Below are positions 27,162 through 43,144 of a stretch of DNA of 64,000 nucleotides, piece by piece. This DNA is from the human T2T-CHM13v2.0 reference genome, Homo sapiens. The translations under genes were made by a program, and so were the position numbers. The notes under the pieces were generated by a model. That model did not search any database. It worked only from the letters and a program-made list of their open reading frames with translations, and had not been told where the DNA came from. How positions within the stretch are numbered: position 1 is the stretch's first letter; each line of letters begins with the position of its first letter. Location of the stretch: NCBI RefSeq assembly GCF_009914755.1, contig NC_060926.1; one strand, 5' to 3'.

Positions 27162-30100
27162 GTTGTGTGGCCATGTTTCCTCAGCTGTGGCTTGTTGACG
27201 GTTAAATATTTGCATGCAGCCACATTTCTCACAGGCTGCTCCCAGCCAGTGTCTGAGCAAGGCAGTGCAGGTCCACTCTGGGGAGAGGTTGGGCTGAGTC
27301 CTCTGGTTCAGGGTTGAGGATGCCCGGTGGCTTTGCAGAACTTTCCTGGGGCCACCTCCTCGCAGCCATCCCTCCTCTTTCCTTCACTGGGGTCAGACTC
27401 ACACCACAGTCTGAAGGCTATTCCAGTTGCACCCAGCTTCCCCCCGCATTTCTCTTAGGCATTTTCCCTGATGAAATGCTTGCCTATTTGATCCATTTCT
27501 TTGCACCGCTCTTAGGGGACCTGGCGTAAATCTACCCGATTCTTACTCCTCGCCAGATCTCCCCTGCAGGTGGCTGTTCTGCAGGAGGGGTCTTGCCTTG
27601 CCTCCTCCGCTGTCATGGCTTCAGAGCGCTGGGAGCTGTCACTGCATGGAACACATCCCAGTTCCCAGGCTGCCCGAATATGAGGGCGCCTCCCTTCTTC
27701 ATCTGCATGGTGACTCCTGGGGCCGCATTCCTGGGGTCCTCGGCAGCCCCTCCTTCCTGCTTCCGTGAGGTGTAGAAGATGGGGAAGTGAGTGGGCTGAG
27801 AGCAAAGAAAGGTGATTGATAGAAATGAGAAGAAAGTCTTTCTGCTCAACTCACAGAAGCATCCAAGGAATGGAGCATGGGCGCTGCCGAGTTCCCCTGG
27901 AGCTCAGGCACAGGTGTCTCCGTCAGGGGATGGGAGAAAAGTTAAAAACACAAACAAGAACAAAACCTTGTGTAGAGAGTCTCTGTGCTGGGACACAAAC
28001 TGAGGCCCTCCGCATTTCACACTGAGGCCATTCATGGCATCAGGTCCTTTTGCTCCTCTCAGGCTTCCCTTCTTCCCAGTTTCTGCCTTAGGGAAAGGCC
28101 GTCATCTGTTTTCCTCTTGCATTATTTTCACCTTTATCTGTGGAAAGTTGCAAAGACTGCACAGGGGGCCTTCTCCAGATGACATGTGAAGCAACAGCCG
28201 TAGGAAACTCTAAATCCACCTGAAATTTGAGTTTCTGCTGAGGGTTAATATTTTAAATGGAACCCATGAGCCCACTATAAAGCGAAGCCCAGCTCAGTGG
28301 TGAAGGAGCGTCTACAGGAGTCATGAGGCACAGCATTTTCTAGTTCCTGACTAAAAACAGAAATGAAACCTTTTCTCTGCAGATTTTGTCAAGGTGTTCT
28401 GCAGGCAGTTGCACTTTCGACCCTCCTCATTTGCCCATTAGCAAATGGAAAAATTATAATAATGTGAACTATTTTTGTTTTGTTTTTTAAATGTTGAATG
28501 ATGTGGCAGTGTAGCTAAAATCCTGCATTTGGAGGCCAGAACTGTAAGCCATTTTTGAAAGGAAGACAGTTCTCGACAATAAGCATCTTGATCTTGAAAC
28601 CCTTGAGGAGCAGGGACAGAGCAGAGAGTACAGGTGAGAGCGAGAACAAGAGCAGCAAAAGAAAATGAGCAAACCATACTGGAAAAGCAACCCTTGGCCA
28701 GCCCCACTGGCTCTGAGCCACGTGCTAGGTGGGGTCAGGGGAGAAGCTCTGGGCCCTGCCAACTGTGTTCTGGCCTCAGCCCCAAGCTGTCCCTGAGGGC
28801 TGCACCCCAGAATCCGAGGATGTGAGGAGTATGGTTCTGAGCCCTGCTCTGGTGAGGAAGGGACTGGCAGACTCTCAGATCATGCCGAGGCTGCTCTCAT
28901 TTGCTGTTTCATGCATGTGTGTTTTGTGTGCATGTTGAAAGGAGCAAACTGCGTGTCGCCTATGAAACATGGGTTTGGTTCTTCAGAAGAAATCCTTTTG
29001 GAGTTCTCACAAAGCTCCAAGTTATCCAGGAAGCCCCAAGGACCAAACACGCATTGTGGTTGGGACTGTGATGCCCAGATGGGCCAGTCCTGGAAATGGA
29101 GCTCATGGAAGGTGGCGTCGCGATGGCCGGTAGAGCAGGAAGGATGCGGGGCAGGGCCCCCTTGAATCAGCCTGGCTGGGAGAGGTGGGTAGGATTCAGT
29201 GAGGGTATCTCAGACTGCACTGAAATTAACATTTTATTTACACACATTCACACATATACAATACACCAAGAGACATAAGAAGGAAAAAACTATGATAAGT
29301 TGCTGCTTATGTGAGTTTCCACATGGATACAAAACACTCTTGTATGCAAAGTTAACAAGGTCTGGGCTCCTTCCCAGCACACCTCTGCCCCCGTCCCCCG
29401 GGCTTCACCTCACGGCAATGCGCTGGGCAGGGTGAGTCCCATATCGCTCTCAACAGCTGAAGGGGAGCTGCTTGTCTTGGCAGGACCTTGAGAGTTAATG
29501 ACACATGTAATGGTGTGTGGGGAAAGTGAGAGACGATGGAGGATTGTGTGGTACAAAAAAGCAAAAATATGTGTTATAGAAATAGAGTATTTGCATCAAA
29601 CTGAAATCCTCCCTATCCTGAGAATTTCAGGAAGAGGACAAAATCACAGGGTCACATCCTGAAGGACACCCTGCCCGGCTCTGACTTTACCCCTCTCAGT
29701 GCCCTGGGGTGGGGGTATCGATCTAGAAAGCCACCTATCGCAGGGTGTGTGTATGTGTGTGTGTGTATTCATTAGTGCTTGCGGTCACTGTGAAGACACC
29801 AACTGTTCTGAACAAGACTTTCCAATAATGCAGGGCGAGATTGCCTGAAACAAACTAGAAAAACAACATAAAAGAAGAAAAGGGAAAGCATGCCCAGGAG
29901 AGCCTCAAATATCTTTTGTCCATATTGCTGTTTTCGAAAATCCGGGGTGAATAAAAAGCTGGGACTCTCCGGGTTTTGCCTGGTCCTGGAATTCTTTTGT
30001 AGTGAGCACCACCTTGTGGTCTGCCTTTTGCATTTCCCAAGAACACAATGTCAGGGTCCCCGTGCTTGCTGAAACCTGGTTATCACACTCGGGCTGGCCT

Positions 30101-31389
30101 CTCCTCCCAAGCCCATCCTGCCTTCTTCCCACCCTACCAGACCCTTCCCACTCGAGGGCTCAGACCCATCTCAGGCTTGCCCCAGTAGGCTCGTCCCACT
30201 TTCTGGAATTAAGACTGAACATTAAGTTGCTAGCCTGAGCCCAAGGCCCAGGTGTCCCATTACAGCTGATGTGCCACCCACACGGTCTGTCTGGGGCCAC
30301 CCCCGGGGGACCATTGCCCTACACAGCGCCCACACACACAGTCCCTCCACATGCCCATTTTGCTCAAAATCTCTCTCTCCTCACTCCTACACCCCCCTTC
30401 AGCAACTTGCTGGGATTTTTTCGGCATAACGTAGTGGGTCTGGGCAATCCCCAGAACAGGAACCCTCCCAGCAGCCCACCACCCCTAGTCTATAATCACA
30501 GTCGACTTCAACCACAAACACCTGGAGCACGGAAAGCGCTGCCCCACCCACCAGGAAACTCCGCATCCCTCCACATGAGGACCCATCCTGCACCCGGGAG
30601 CAGTGGAGGCATCTCAGCCAAGGCAACTGCAGATGCTGGCATAGCTCCACATTGGACAAACAAAGGTGCCTCGTGAAGTGCCATGATAAGCCCTGCCAAG
30701 GTCTGAAGCAAACAGGTACAGCCGGGGTGTCATCCCAGAATAAACCACAGTCAGAGACAAGATGGGGAGATGGAGGAAGGAACCGGAACAAAGTGGCTCC
30801 ATGCACCGGGTATAGGCAGGCACCTGGGCTCATGGTGTTTAATTCATTCTCATAATAACTCTTTGGGAACTATTATTTTTCCCATTGTACAGATGAGGAT
30901 ACCAAGGCTCACAGAGGTTGAAAATGTGCTTGTTTATCTTGAATTTCCCTAACATGATCAGCTTGCTGTAGATATTCAAGTTCTACTAGCTTCTAACTCC
31001 TTCCATGTAAAGCAGCAGCGAAGCTGCCCTGCCAAGGCCCACAGTTAGATTTGTGCATCTCTGAGCATCTTTTCTTGAGCTCTCTTTGTTACCACCTGCT
31101 GGTCACAGAGCTGAGGAGGGCTGCACCCCCTTCCACCATGGCTGCAGATGCCCTCTGGGAGAACACTCGGGGCAGACTCCTGAGGACCCCATGGTGTTGA
31201 GCACCTGTCCTTGCTGTGGCCAGGCTGCGCTCCGTACCAAGGTAGGCAAAACGCCCTGTCACCCACTGGGCATCATACCTGGGAACCTGGGCACACCCAA
31301 AAACTGCTGCATCATGCTCTGCCCAAAGCCCTGTCACCACAGGGCTCAGGCTATGGGGCCACTTTGAGGCAGGCACAGCTTTCCTCTGT

Positions 31390-31785
<396 letters not shown>

Positions 31786-32849
31786 TAGTTTTGAAGGAAT
31801 CTCAGGATTTGCAACCTGCTGGAAGGAATTACTGGTGTCATTAGAGGCCTCCCTGAAACCCCACGCAATGACAGCATGGCACACGCTGACCCCGGCTGAG
31901 CTCACAATGGCAGTTGTTTTGGCTTGGCTTCTGTTTAGATGGGAAGCAGCTCCCCATGTCCCTTGGCTGAAGGTTTCTCCTAGAAGTTGACCAGGACCCC
32001 TGCAGGGGATGAACAAAAGCTGACACCTCATCACCCCAATTCACACACAGTTAAGCCCCACTGATCCTGGGATACAAGTAGATAAAGGGGGGAAAGGACT
32101 ACTTTGTTTAACTTCCCAGTATCCTCTGATTGACTTAATGAAAAAATCCTGATGTTAAGCTCCCAGAAAAGGGTTTTCAGTGCTGAACTTGAGCTGGGCA
32201 TACCACCTACATCCTGTGTTCTGTGTTCACAAACACAGAACACATTCGTGTCTCATCTGTGCCTCATTTGTCTTTCCCTGCCCTTACTTCCACGTGAGAG
32301 CAGCCACTTGTGATCCTGTCCATTTAAAACAATATGATCACAGGCCTGGGGCTCCAGATGCCGGACACAGAAAAGAAAAAGACGTGATAAATAACATTTA
32401 AAGCACTGCAAAGTTTGATTTTCATGTCTAATATCTGCCCCTGGAGATTCTGCTAAATTTCTTTTTTCCCTCTTCATAAATTCTTATGATAACAACTTTA
32501 TTTGGGAATTAATCCAGATTCCCATTATTCACTGAATTACACTTTCCCAGCATGTAAGTTCCTCCCTCGTTGTAAGTTACAAAGCCTTGGAAGCTACATT
32601 AACTCTTTCTGGCTGCTGGGATGACAGGTATTGCTAGTCCTCATGTTTCAGAATTGTATCTGAAAAGCATTAATGTAGTTTTAAAGGGTTTCCAAATTAA
32701 AACCAGGATGAAAATTGACCACTGGGAGAATCCTATTTATACTATTATATTATGGGGTGCTTTAAATACACTTCCCTCCAGCCTACTGCCATTGGCTCTA
32801 ATATATAGAACGGGCATGTATACAGAACGGGCATCCCTCTTGCAGTAGC

Positions 32850-33180
32850 ATTGTGGAAGAATTAAGCACCCACACTCTGAGGTCAAACTGTCCTGGTTGA
32901 AATCTTGACTCCATCTCTCACTAGCTGTGTGACCTCAGGTAAGTTACCTAACCCCTCTGAGCCTTGGTTTCCTCATTTGTAAAGTGGAGAAAACAGCACT
33001 CACTTGATGGGGCTGCCATAAGGATGAAGTAATATGGTGCAAGAGGAGCTGAGACTGCTGCTTGGCAAACAGTGGACATTTGCTGAGAGCTTGCTGTGCA
33101 CCAGGCACTGTTCTAACTACTTTACATGTATTAATTCATTGAACTCGCTCAACAACTTGGAGGTTGGACATCATTATCCC
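32850..33180. mobile_element. MIR fragments
   Basis: 'ctagctgtgtgacctcaggtaagttacctaacccctctgagccttggtttcctcatttgtaaagtgg'. Confidence 0.75.
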
Positions 33181-34723
33181 TACTGCAGGCAGTGACCACT
33201 CTACAAATGTTGGTTGCCATCCGCTGATCTTGACGCCTACGACGGATTCGCCTGGTAACTCCATCCACACTTAAGTTGGGAAAGCACTCCGCCCTGCCTC
33301 TAAGTCCGGGGACTCTGGGCAGGGTCCATTACATGACCTGGGTCTAAGCCAATCAGAGCATCTCACTACCGTCTCCACAGTGATTGGTCCACGTGGGCAC
33401 ATGACACTGCCGGGGCTGGGACTCCCCAAAAAGAGAGTCTCCCTTCTTCCTGCTGGACTAGCCTGAGACGATGCGAGGCTATCGCTGCCGCAGTACCGGG
33501 CGGAGGGCCTGTCTGAGAGGGAGCCAACCTCGAGGAAACTGGGTCAACAATGGACAACGAGACACCAGCTGTGTGACTTCACGTGAGCCCACGCAGGAAG
33601 CCTGCCTGCAGCCGGGACCCTATCTTGGCCCATAGCATCGGGGCTTCTCAGGGAAGCACTGGGGTGTAAGCTTCAGCCCCAAAATGCATCCCCACCCTTG
33701 TCCCCCTCCAGGCAGAGCAGAGACCACTGGGGCCTGCTTGCTGCTCGGTGGAGCCGATGTCTTCAAGGCCGGGCTAATGTCTCACCGGCCTCTCGGTTCC
33801 TTCCAGCTCCACTGACAGAAAGAAACCAGATTAGATTACCGGGCGAGGTAATCCTAAGCTTTAGAGGTTCTTTTGAGGAACCTGCCACAAAGGCCAACCA
33901 GAATCCTTATTACACAAACCAGCAACTGACCTCCCTTTAGGAGAACAGGGCTCTATGATAGGAGCAATTACATTTAAATTCTGCAGTGAGATTGCTATTT
34001 AACAAAACAGCAAAATCATCAAAATCCTATAATTGTATGCATAATGCCACTTTGGCCTACTCACTTTCTGTAAAGAACTTTATTTTCCCATCCCATAATT
34101 AATATCAGTATCATATTCCATTGAAGACCATCTGTTTTACCAGAGCTATGTTATCAATCATCTCAAATTTCAGAACTTCACCCTGGTTTGTCCCCTTGAT
34201 AGGGAAGTGAAAACATTGTATCAACAGTCATCTAAGCTGGCATGTGTGTGAGTGGGCCACAGGATTTGCTGGTGGATATCAGAAAAGTCATTTAACACAA
34301 AGTTCTGCTTATAGACTATTGCAAAATAAGTAGCTCCAAAAGGAAATTATTATGTTTGTAAAAACATGAGCACTTTCCTCTTCCTTTGGGCAAGGGTACG
34401 ACGTTTTACTATCCACCCAAATTATGTTCACCAATGATTGAACTCTTCAAAGAATTCAAATCATGTGGATTTGAGCCTTCTGGGAAGGAAAACGAAATGC
34501 ACCTTGACTTCACAGGCTGGAGGGCTGGGTGTGACAGGGCCCTCCAGAGAGCCTCGGGACAGAACCTCAGCAGATGGTGGCAGCTGAAGACACAGGTCAG
34601 TTCTCAGATTAACCAGACACCTCCCACCAGTCCATTCCTGCCTGTGGATGCCCTCCTGAGAACCAACTTCCAACCAGAAGGTCATTGTGGGTGGTACAGA
34701 GTGGGAATGAAGGACTTACATGA

Positions 34724-35036
<313 letters not shown>

Positions 35037-35187
35037 AGGACTTACATGATCTTAAAGGCCCCCACCACATTCCTTACCCCTGGCCAGGAGAGTCAGGGGC
35101 TTTTCTGTCTTCCCTCAGGGTTACACTTGCCAAAGAGACCATTATTTCAATGTCCTTGACCATGATACCTCAAGACATTCTTGCATG

Positions 35188-35946
35188 AGTTGAGGCTCAG
35201 AAAACAGTACCCCAAAATATGGCACTTTGGTATGCTGAGGGTTTTTGAGTTAAAGGAAATTAAAAGGCCTCAAAAATAAGCTTTAGAACTAAGGTCTTTC
35301 TCCAGTCTCCTTTCAACCCCCTGTCTAGTCTATCTGATCCTCTTTCTTTCCTGAAGTACCAGCAAGGACTCTTTCTGCAATTTCTTTATCTAAGTTTTAC
35401 CACTGCGCCTGGCTAGAGATGTAATTGTCTTAAGACACTCTTCCTAGGAATCTCATCAAATAACCAGGAAAGATTAACTACTGGAGAAGAGAAAAGACTG
35501 GGAATCATCACCATGCCAGACAGACTTTTCACCTATTCGTCTGAGGACAGCTCCAAGAGATGACCTGGGAGACTTTACCTGCATAAGAAGACAACCTTTG
35601 TTCACAGCGTAGTTCTGCCCCTCACCCTCCTGCCACCTGCCCCAGAACTCAGAGGAACTTTGTCCCAGGCTATTATCTATTCTTTGGGCTCACTCATTTT
35701 CCTTAGAAATCATTTACTACCCCTCTAAAATTTCCTACAGTCCCCCACTTCCCTGTCTCCTATGAAGAGGATATATAAGCCTCAACCATCTGGCCCTTCT
35801 TTGAGTCTCCTATTTGTAGGACTCCCATGGCCATATGCACCTTAATAAATGTGTAAGCCATTTTTCTCCTATGAATCTGTCTATTGTCAGTCACTTCAGT
35901 GAAACTTCAGAGAGGGTGGAAGGAATGCTTTCTCTCCACCCCTACA
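35188..35946 (+). mobile_element. ERV1 solo LTR, MER39/MER34-like
   Basis: 'gttgaggctcagaaaacagtaccccaaaatatggcactttgg' start, TATATAA box (~35772), AATAAA (~35845), '...cccctaca' end. Confidence 0.7.
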
Positions 35947-36344
35947 GATGCACTGGCCATATTCCATATCTTTCCTCATCTTTCATATAATATCTGAGAG
36001 AGAAGGTAGAAGTTGTCAGTCCTTTTAGAGACTAGTTTTCTTAAAGAACTGAATTCACTTCTATGTTCTACTGGGAAAAGTAAAATGCAAGGTCAGCTCA
36101 GGCTCTTGATGTGATTGGCTGCACGTGCATAGGGCACCATCTTTGGAGTCAATTTTTCACAGCTGATGATGATATTATTCACTCCTTTTTAAAGCTATAT
36201 AGCACTCTATTGAGAGAGTGTGCCATAGTTCAGCCAATCTTCTATGTCTCAGTATTTAGGCTGTTTTCAATTACATATAATGCCTTAGTGAATACAATTG
36301 TGAATGCTATTTTGTAGAAGAGGTTTGTTGGGCCAAAGGATAAA

Positions 36345-36790
36345 TGTATCTGTTACCTGAGACTGCCGTAACAGAGTGCCACAAGCTTTGTGGTTAAAAA
36401 TAACAGAAACTTACTCTCTCACAGCTCTGGAGGCTAGAATTCCAAAATCAAGGAGTCAGCCAAGTTGTACTCTCCAGGAAGTTTACAGGGAAGAATCCTT
36501 CCTTGCCTGTTCCAGTTTCTGGTGTTGCCAGCAATCCCTGGCATTCCTTGGCTTGTAGACACATCACTCCATCCTCTGCCCCTATCATCATATGAACATC
36601 TCCCTGTGTGTCTGTGTCTGTTTTTCAATTCTTACAACACCAGTCATATTGGGCTTAATATCCACCCTAATTCAGTATGACCTCATCTTAACTTGATTAC
36701 TTCTGCAAAGACCCTATAACTAAATGAGGTTACATTCACAGGTTCCAGGTGAGCATGAATTTGGGGGGAAACACTCTTCAACCTCTTACA
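36345..36790 (-). mobile_element. MLT1B/C-like MaLR LTR within an old L1M fragment
   Basis: 'ctgccgtaacagagtgccac...ctcacagctctggaggctagaa...tgacctcatcttaacttgattac...ctcttaca'. Confidence 0.8.
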
Positions 36791-37975
36791 GGAAAGGCAT
36801 GCATATGGTGGTTATATGGTGTCAAGTTCCCCTTCATGGAATAGTACCATGTTGCTCTCCCCCAAGGATGAAAGGGAGCAGCTTTGTCCCCATAGCCACA
36901 GTAATGCAACTTGTGGTCAAGCTTTTGAATTTTTGCCAATCTGATGTGTGAAAACCAATATCTCAGTCTTTTATTTTATGTTATGGATAAAGATGAACAT
37001 TTTTTCTTATGTATTCATTTGTACACTGGTGGGGGATAATCTGTTCATGTGTTTGCCCATCTTTCTTGTGGGTTTTTGGTCTATTTTCCTCAATTTTTTA
37101 TATAGAATCTGTATGGGATTTTCTATTAATCTCTTTCTGTTGTTCATTTTTATGTGATGTTGTTTCCTTGATCATTTAGAAAGAATCATGGCTCACCAGC
37201 TTTTCTGACTCCACAGAGCTCCCTCTGCTGTGTATTTTTGTGGTGTGTTTTAAAAACATGCAGCTTGGCTTTAGAAATTTCCTGGCTGTTTCCTTCTTCC
37301 AGCCGTATCTGAACCTTCTCTTTCCTGTTTCTCAACTGCCCCTTTTCTTCAAACTGTTTATTCCACCCCTAGATGTTTCTTCTGGGCATGGGGCCCTGTC
37401 CTGGAAGAAAGCCCTTGTAAGTAATTTTGAGGGTCAACAGGGTCTAGACAGCTCTGGTCCCTTCAAACTTTAGCAGCGACAACTGCAATCATTGCTACTA
37501 AAGTTGGCAATGCCCCTCTCAGCTTCAGCGGCTGTGCTCAAATCATCTTTCTATGCTTTATGGTGAAAACCTTTTGGCTACCTTGGGGTTCTCCCCTTCT
37601 CAGTCCTGTTGCTTTCTTATGTTATTTCTTGCACAAACACACAAACTTACAAGTCTTCAGGCTGTTAATGGTTTATTCCCATCTGCTTATATTTTGATGT
37701 TCCTAAGAATGCCTTGTGACCTAGCTTTATTGTTTATGTCATCCATGGCTTTCTGATTCTCTATCTAGTTTTCTGTCTATTCTTATGGGGGAATTCAGAG
37801 AGTTTCAAAAACTATACTATCATCAGTATGGCAGTTCCTCACTTGTCTTTCCCCAATCTTTAAGAATTCTTTATTTATTAGTGCAATTAACCCAGTGTCT
37901 CTGATATACATTGCAGCTACTTTCCACTATGTTTTTAAAAACAGTAGCTGTGGCAATTTTTTTTGTATACATAGG

Positions 37976-38372
37976 TGCTATGGTTTGAATATTTGTCCTT
38001 TCCAAACTCATATTGAAACTTAATCCCTAATATGGCAGTATTGAGAAGTGGGACCTTTAAAAGATGATTAGGTCATTAAGGCTCTTCCTTCTCAAATAGA
38101 TTGATCCATTCATGGATTAATGGGTAAATGGTGACTTTACAAGAAGAAGAGGAAAAATCTGAGCTAGCACACTCAGCCCCATCACTATGTGATGTCCTGC
38201 CCCAACTTGGGCCTCTGCAGAGAGTCCCCAACAGTAAGAAGGCCCTCACAAGATGCAGCCCCTTGACCTTTGACTTCTCAGCCTCCATAACTGTAAGAAA
38301 TAAATTTCTTTTCTTTAAAAACTACCCAGTTTCAGGTATTCCATTATAGACAACAGAAAATGAACTAAGACA
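37976..38372 (+). mobile_element. MSTC/MSTD/MLT1A-type MaLR LTR
   Basis: TGCTATGGTTTGAAT start, GAAAATGAACTAAGACA end. Confidence 0.8.
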
Positions 38373-38853
38373 ATAAATTTCTTTGCAATGTTTATATGTC
38401 CAATTTTGTTTGTTTTTTCTTTCTTGGCATCTCATCTGGATTTTGAGTCATAATGAAAAAGCTTTTCCCCATAGGTGAATTCACTCATGTTGCCTCCGAG
38501 TGCTTGTTTGATGTCATCTTTTACACTTACATTTCTAATTCATTTAGAGTTTATTGTGTATCATGTGAGATATGTTTATTTAATTTTCTCTGCGTCATTT
38601 ATCAAAAATCCAATCACTTTTCCAGCACTTGAAATGTCATCTTTATCATACATTAAATTTCCATATGTACTTGAGTTATTTCTAGACTTTCTATTCTATT
38701 CCACTGATGTGTCTGTCTAGTCATGCACAAATACCATAAGGTTTATTTTTAAAATACTTTCATTTTAAAACATTCATTATGAAATATTAAAAGATACACA
38801 AAAAAGTTCAAAGAGTAAGACAATGATGACCCATGTACCACAGCTGAAACCTT

Positions 38854-40037
<1,184 letters not shown>

Positions 40038-40094
40038 ACATTTTGTGTACCCTTCCCCCAGAATATCGCAGAAATCCTGCTGGGGAAGGGTACA

Positions 40095-40345
40095 ATGAAT
40101 CCTACCAACAACCATATAAGTGATCTTGGAATGGGATCCTTCCCCAGTTGAGCCTTGAGATGAGACCACAGCCCCAGACAACACCTTAATCACAGCCTCA
40201 TGAGTGACCCTGATAGAGAGAACACAACTAAGCTACACAAGGATTCCTGAGCCACAAAAAGCATGAGATAACCCATGTCTGTTGTATTAATCTGCTAAGT
40301 TTTGGGATTGATATGTAATCTTAATTGATAAAGAAATAGACTAGT
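40095..40345 (+). mobile_element. MLT1E/F-like LTR fragment
   Basis: 'ccttccccagttgagccttgagatgagaccacagcccc...gctaagttttggg'. Confidence 0.6.
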
Positions 40346-41601
40346 AAATTCTAGAAAACCCCAAGAGAACTAAAGGAATTCCTCAAGGCAATATGGTTCA
40401 CTCTAGTGTGAGGGCTGAGTGTATTTGCCGCTGTATCCCAGCACTTAGTGAAGTGTCTGGCACTCAGTAGGTGCTTAATAAGAAAATGGCTCCTGGAAAG
40501 AGAAGAACAGACCTGGGTGGGAATGAGTAGAACTTGGAATGGGGAAGTAGGCAGAGTGGATCCCAGTGTGGAGTCCATTTGAAATTGAAAGGGTTATCAG
40601 GAAGAACATGGATTCACAGTGTGGCCTCAGATATTCTGCTGTGACTGGGTATAAAGCCATTTCCAGGCTGTCTCTGGCACTGATCCCCAGGAGTTTGGAC
40701 ATAACTGGGGTGAACACTCATTGGTGCTGTGGGGCCTCCTCAATCTGTGCAGTGCTGCTGAGAACATGGGCTTTGGAGTCAGAGAGCCCTGAGTTTAAAT
40801 CCCTGAGACTTGTGTGACCTTGGGTTAGTTATCTGACTTCTCTGAACCTCGGTTCTTCATTTGGTGTCATGAGTATTGCAGATGAATCAAATGAGGTAGC
40901 TTAATAAATGGTCATTCAAATCCAGCCGAATCCAGTTTAAAAAGCATCCTCAACTCTTATCAGACAGGTACCTCCCAGGACATGCAACAGCCTCAAGCTG
41001 GTTCCTGTCGGCCCCTCCTATGGCCATGGAAGTTTTCTATAGAGGCCAGGGACTCAGTACCCCTGGGGCTCACACACCCCTTTGAGAAGGCCATGAACGC
41101 TGTGTAAAGTTATGATGAACAAAAAGTCTGTTTCCCCGGGAACCTGCAGTAGAAGCGCCTGGCGTTTCTGTAGGGACCGGACTGTGCTCCCTGCAGAACG
41201 CCCTTCCTAGCGCAAAGACCTAGCGGTGCCCAGAGGAAAGCCTTCCTGATACCTTCCCCTCCTACTCTCCCGGGAACTTCATCCAGTTTTTCCACGGATG
41301 CTTCGGGCTGATCACGACCTTTCTCCCAGCCTCACGGACAAGGACGAGGTCCACTCGGCTTGGACAACCTGATTCAGGATGGAGCCAAGAAGGGGATGCA
41401 GCGCGAGGAAGCCTGTCAAGACTTAGACAAACATACAGCACCTGGAAAGGGACTCCCCGAAAGCACACTTAAAGGGACTGCCACTTAAAAAGTAATTTTT
41501 GGGGAAAGAAAAAATAAAGAGAGGAGGAAAAGTTAGGCCCAACCCAAGGCCTGTCCGCTTTCCCTCAGCCAGTGGGAAATTAAGGATCCTGCATGGTGCC
41601 A

Positions 41602-41634
41602 CAGCGCCCCCTGGTGGGAAAGACTGAGATTGCA
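41602..41634 (-). promoter_or_regulatory. CTCF binding motif (core plus upstream motif)
   Basis: Minus strand reads TGCAATCTC-AGTCT-TTCCCACCAGGGGGCGCTG, nearly identical to the CTCF consensus TGGCCACCAGGGGGCGCTA. Confidence 0.75.
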
Positions 41635-43144
41635 CTGAAGATCTCCAGACATCCATGTCTGGCTTTACCCTCTCACCTCTACTTGGGAGGGAAGAACATT
41701 GGAAATTATTTCCCAAGACTGCATTCCCTCAAGTTAAGTATAATGCTTGATTTCCACTATCAAAGGTAAAAAAGACATGTCTTAAAACCCTGTGTGAATA
41801 AGGTCGTGGGACATCCCAACCTAGCATTCCTATAATTAACAAAAATCACCATTTATTTGCCCACGTCCTGAGCCAAGAATAATCTAACGCAATGCTTAAG
41901 ACAGCCTTACCATGCAGCCTGTCTGTTAACCATAGTTTTACAGGTGCAGGCATAGACTCGGAGAGGGGCTATGGCCTTGCTCAAGGTCACGCGGTCAGTG
42001 CCAGGATTCTCAAGCCTGGGCTCTCAAACGCATCGCTATTAACTGCCTAGGAAAAACATGACCGTCTCTGCTTGGTTCCCTCAAAATACATGATTAATTC
42101 TTTTTGATTCCCAACATTGTTATGTTTCTTTTCTCACTGAATATTGACTTTCCATTAAGCAACTCCAAAGCCTAGTTTTTCTAAGAAAGTATAAGTCATC
42201 CCTTTGAGAAAGCTTACTGATCACATACTGTTTTCAAGGTGGCTGGGCTAGGCACTGTGGGAAAAGTCCACTGGCGGGAGGCTCCCAATAACCTAAGGTG
42301 ACTTTGGTGACTCTGACATAAGGCTACGCTGAGATGCTCCAAGCTTTGAAATCAATGTGTGTCGCTAGTATAAGAACTGGATTAGGCTTGGGGGGTCACT
42401 GTGATACAGACGGGCTTGGGTGCAAAGTGTACTTGGAGTTGGAGAGCTCTGAGCAAGCAGAAGGCAGGAGAGGGGAGGGACGGGCAATGCTCAGGATTAG
42501 GGCCCCTGATCAAGCACACGGGACGTGGCAACCACAAGAAATCTGGGGCAAATAATTTGGTAGCAGCCTTCATTTTAGCACAGAAATGCCGACAAGTTTC
42601 TTCTTGCACGCCCACTCTGATCTTTTGGTAGAAGCAGGCTGAAGTTATTTGTTGGGAGGACTCTGAAGCCATGCCCAGGCTCCACGGGAAAGTCAGCTGT
42701 GATTGACTAGAAGAGAGCTGCCTGCACACAAGAAAACTATGCAAAAAGGCTGGGCGTGGAGGAAATGACCTAACACAACAGGAGAAAATCCGAGAGAACG
42801 AGATAAGAGTACTAGAGCCTGAACCCAGTGGGAATGGATAGGGTTCTGAGTGATTCTGTGGGCATGGAAGAATGTGGAAGATAGAAGTAATCAGCATAAA
42901 CAAGTAGGAAGTATTGCAGGACAGAAAACAGATGTCTCAGGCAGACAGATGATACTGGGGAGGGCAACTATAAAGAGAGAAGGGGACTCCTTGGAGGTCA
43001 ACATGGCTGTCCTGTCCCTGGCTCTCCTGGCCCGGCCCCTGAACTGAGATCCAGGAGAGCAAGTTATGAGGGGAGAGCAGCATCTGGACATGCTTTTGTC
43101 CTCTTTGTCAGAATTGCCATGGGAGCTGAAAGCATCTGCCCAGC

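Noticed and set aside
42382-42903. 173-aa minus-strand ORF
   Set aside because: No recognisable homology and low-information composition; consistent with a chance ORF.
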